DNA from: Candidatus Anstonellales archaeon | GTDB taxonomy: Archaea; Micrarchaeota; Micrarchaeia; Anstonellales; J096 | DNA length: 64,000 bases | Assembly (NCBI GenBank): GCA_038890615.1 | Contig: JAWAFI010000002.1 | Span: 1 to 64,000 of the forward strand | Direction: 5' to 3' | Shown here: one piece after another, positions 62,310 through 64,000 of the stretch | Layout of the letters: every line of letters starts with the position of its first letter | Numbering within the stretch: the first letter of the stretch is position 1 | Made by a program: the position numbers and the translations under genes | The notes under the pieces: generated by a model | The model's database searches: none | What the model saw: the letters and a program-made list of their open reading frames with translations, nothing else | Told to the model about the DNA's origin: nothing

Positions 62310-63897
62310 GGATTTCAAGGAATACTCAGTGGCTGAGTTTTTCAAGAAGAACAGGCAGATGATTGGCTTCAGCGGAAAGGTAAAAAGCCTCACAGTGATA
62401 GTGCATGAGTACTTTACAAACAGCATGGATGCTTGCGAGGAGGCAGGAATACTGCCTGACATAAAGGTGGCAATAACGCAGGAAGATGAGGAGCGCTACA
62501 CGGTTGAGGTATGGGACAATGGGCCTGGCATCCCAAAATCCATCCTTGGAAAGGCCCTTGGGAAGATGCTCACAGGCACAAAGTTCCACCGCTATGTGCA
62601 GCAGAGGGGGCAGCAAGGAATAGGCGCAGCAGGGTGCACCATGTTTTCTTACCTTACTACCGGCAAGCCAATAGAGGTGGTCTCACGCTACAAAGGAAAT
62701 GAAGTAAGGGCCACAATAGGGCTTGACATCCAAAGGAATGAGCCGGTAATGAATGTTATGGAAGAGAAAAAGCTCGAATCCCAAGAGCATGGCCTTTATG
62801 TTAAAGCTTACTTCTCAGATGTCAAGTATGATAAGAGCAGCTACAGCCCTTCTGAATACATAAAGCTTTCTGCCCTTTCCAACCCTCATGCCCAAATAGA
62901 GTTCATAGAGCCATCAGGCCAGCGTTTCCTCTATCCAAGAGTGGTAAACGAGCTCCCTCCACGCCCAGTTGAGATAAAGCCCCATCCCCTTGGAGTTGAC
63001 AGGCATATGCTTTTTGAGATGATGAAAGCATCCAAGCCGATGCGCATTTCCGCATTTCTCACATCAGAATTCTCGCGCTTCTCTTCAGCGAAGCTGGATG
63101 AGCTTCGCACTGCATGCCCAAGCGTTGACCTTTCCAAAAAGACAAGCGAAATCACTTGGGAAGAGGCAGAGAAGATTGTAAAGGCAATTCAAAGCATTAA
63201 ATGGATGGCGCCTCCTACTGATTGCCTTAGCGGCATAGGGGCTCAGCAAATGGAGAAGGCGCTCTCTAGCATCCTAAATCCCCAGTTCTTGAAGGTTGTC
63301 GAAAGGCCTCCAAAGGTTTACCGGGGTGGTGTGCCGTTCAAGGTTGAAGCAGCTATTGCCTATGCCCCTAACTTTGGCAAAACCCAAGTTCTGCGATATG
63401 CCAACAGGGTGCCCCTTATGTTTGATGCAGGGGCTTGTGCAATAACCGAAACAGTAAAGTCGATTGATTGGAAGCGCTACAACATTGACATAGAGAACAA
63501 CGCAGTGATAATGGTAAACCTTTCAAGCGTTTTCGTGCCTTATCTAACTGCAGGTAAGCAGGCAATATCTCCTGAAGAAGAGATAGTTGCAGAGATCAGG
63601 AATGCGTTGATGGAAGCAGCAAGGGGAGTTTCTGGGTTCATAAGCAGCGAGGTGCGTGAAAGGGAAAAAGGCAAAAGGAAGAAGATATTCCTTAAGTATG
63701 TCCCCCAGATTGCAGCAGACCTTGCATACCTCTCAGATGTAAGGCAAGAGGTGCTCATGAAGGCAATGGAAAAAGTCATTGAAAAGAGGATGGGTGAAAT
63801 AGAGGAGATGGAGAATGAAGATGAAGCCGAACCATTGCCTAGCAAGGAAAAGGAAAAAGGTGATGAAAATGGTGAAGCCGCTGGAGAAGCTGAATGA
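62302..63897 (+). CDS. top6B: DNA topoisomerase VI subunit B
   Basis: SVAEFF.KN, HEYFTNSMDACE, DNGPG, RGQQGIG, PHP.G, RYANRVPL, WKRY, AGKQ. Confidence 0.96.
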   Translation: MFEDFKEYSVAEFFKKNRQMIGFSGKVKSLTVIVHEYFTNSMDACEEAGILPDIKVAITQEDEERYTVEVWDNGPGIPKSILGKALGKMLTGTKFHRYVQQRGQQGIGAAGCTMFSYLTTGKPIEVVSRYKGNEVRATIGLDIQRNEPVMNVMEEKKLESQEHGLYVKAYFSDVKYDKSSYSPSEYIKLSALSNPHAQIEFIEPSGQRFLYPRVVNELPPRPVEIKPHPLGVDRHMLFEMMKASKPMRISAFLTSEFSRFSSAKLDELRTACPSVDLSKKTSEITWEEAEKIVKAIQSIKWMAPPTDCLSGIGAQQMEKALSSILNPQFLKVVERPPKVYRGGVPFKVEAAIAYAPNFGKTQVLRYANRVPLMFDAGACAITETVKSIDWKRYNIDIENNAVIMVNLSSVFVPYLTAGKQAISPEEEIVAEIRNALMEAARGVSGFISSEVREREKGKRKKIFLKYVPQIAADLAYLSDVRQEVLMKAMEKVIEKRMGEIEEMENEDEAEPLPSKEKEKGDENGEAAGEAE

Positions 63898-64000
63898 TTT
63901 TGGTAAGAATCTTGCAGAGCGCATAATACGTGGCGAAGAGCCCTCTTTTGAGCTTCCTGTTCGCTCGCGCAGCAATGTTGTTTTTGACCCATCTGTGGGC
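63869..64000 (+). CDS. top6A: DNA topoisomerase VI subunit A, 5' end (truncated by window edge)
   Basis: ATG 63869 with GGTGA SD, MVKPLEKL...PSFELPVRSRSNVVFD; directly follows top6B. Confidence 0.75.
   Translation, partial: MVKPLEKLNDFGKNLAERIIRGEEPSFELPVRSRSNVVFDPSVG

Overview
Gene-dense (roughly 40-45% GC by eye) archaeal chromosomal segment. Archaeal markers (class I CCA-adding enzyme, uL16/L10e, RpoL, PolB with PIP box, Topo VI B/A, Bud32, DGGGP-synthase-like UbiA, intron-containing tRNA) together with bacterial-type gyrase, a eukaryote-like ERG8 phosphomevalonate kinase, very short or overlapping intergenic regions and many solenoid-repeat ORFans suggest a DPANN archaeon, probably Micrarchaeota-like (inference, no database search). 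The window holds about 65 CDSs, four tRNAs (Pro-TGG, Leu-TAG, Phe-GAA, intron-containing Cys-GCA), a divergent SUF cluster, a copper-homeostasis cluster and an ankyrin pseudogene. No CRISPR array, rRNA, integrase, transposase or intein was seen. The most unusual observations are: (1) a coupled three-gene unit of a triple Xis/BldC-like HTH protein, PolB and a pseudokinase; (2) a full-length glutamine synthetase homologue that has lost almost all catalytic residues; (3) two tandem FtsZ2-type genes sharing a 35-nt identical tract; (4) a lipoprotein/TM/coiled-coil protein with a possible Roadblock domain coupled to gyrBA; (5) a copper cluster with an HMA plus Met-rich membrane protein and a phased operator; (6) a dispersed, turning-over ankyrin/HEAT protein family; (7) a tRNA-Pro ending 1 nt before the next start codon.
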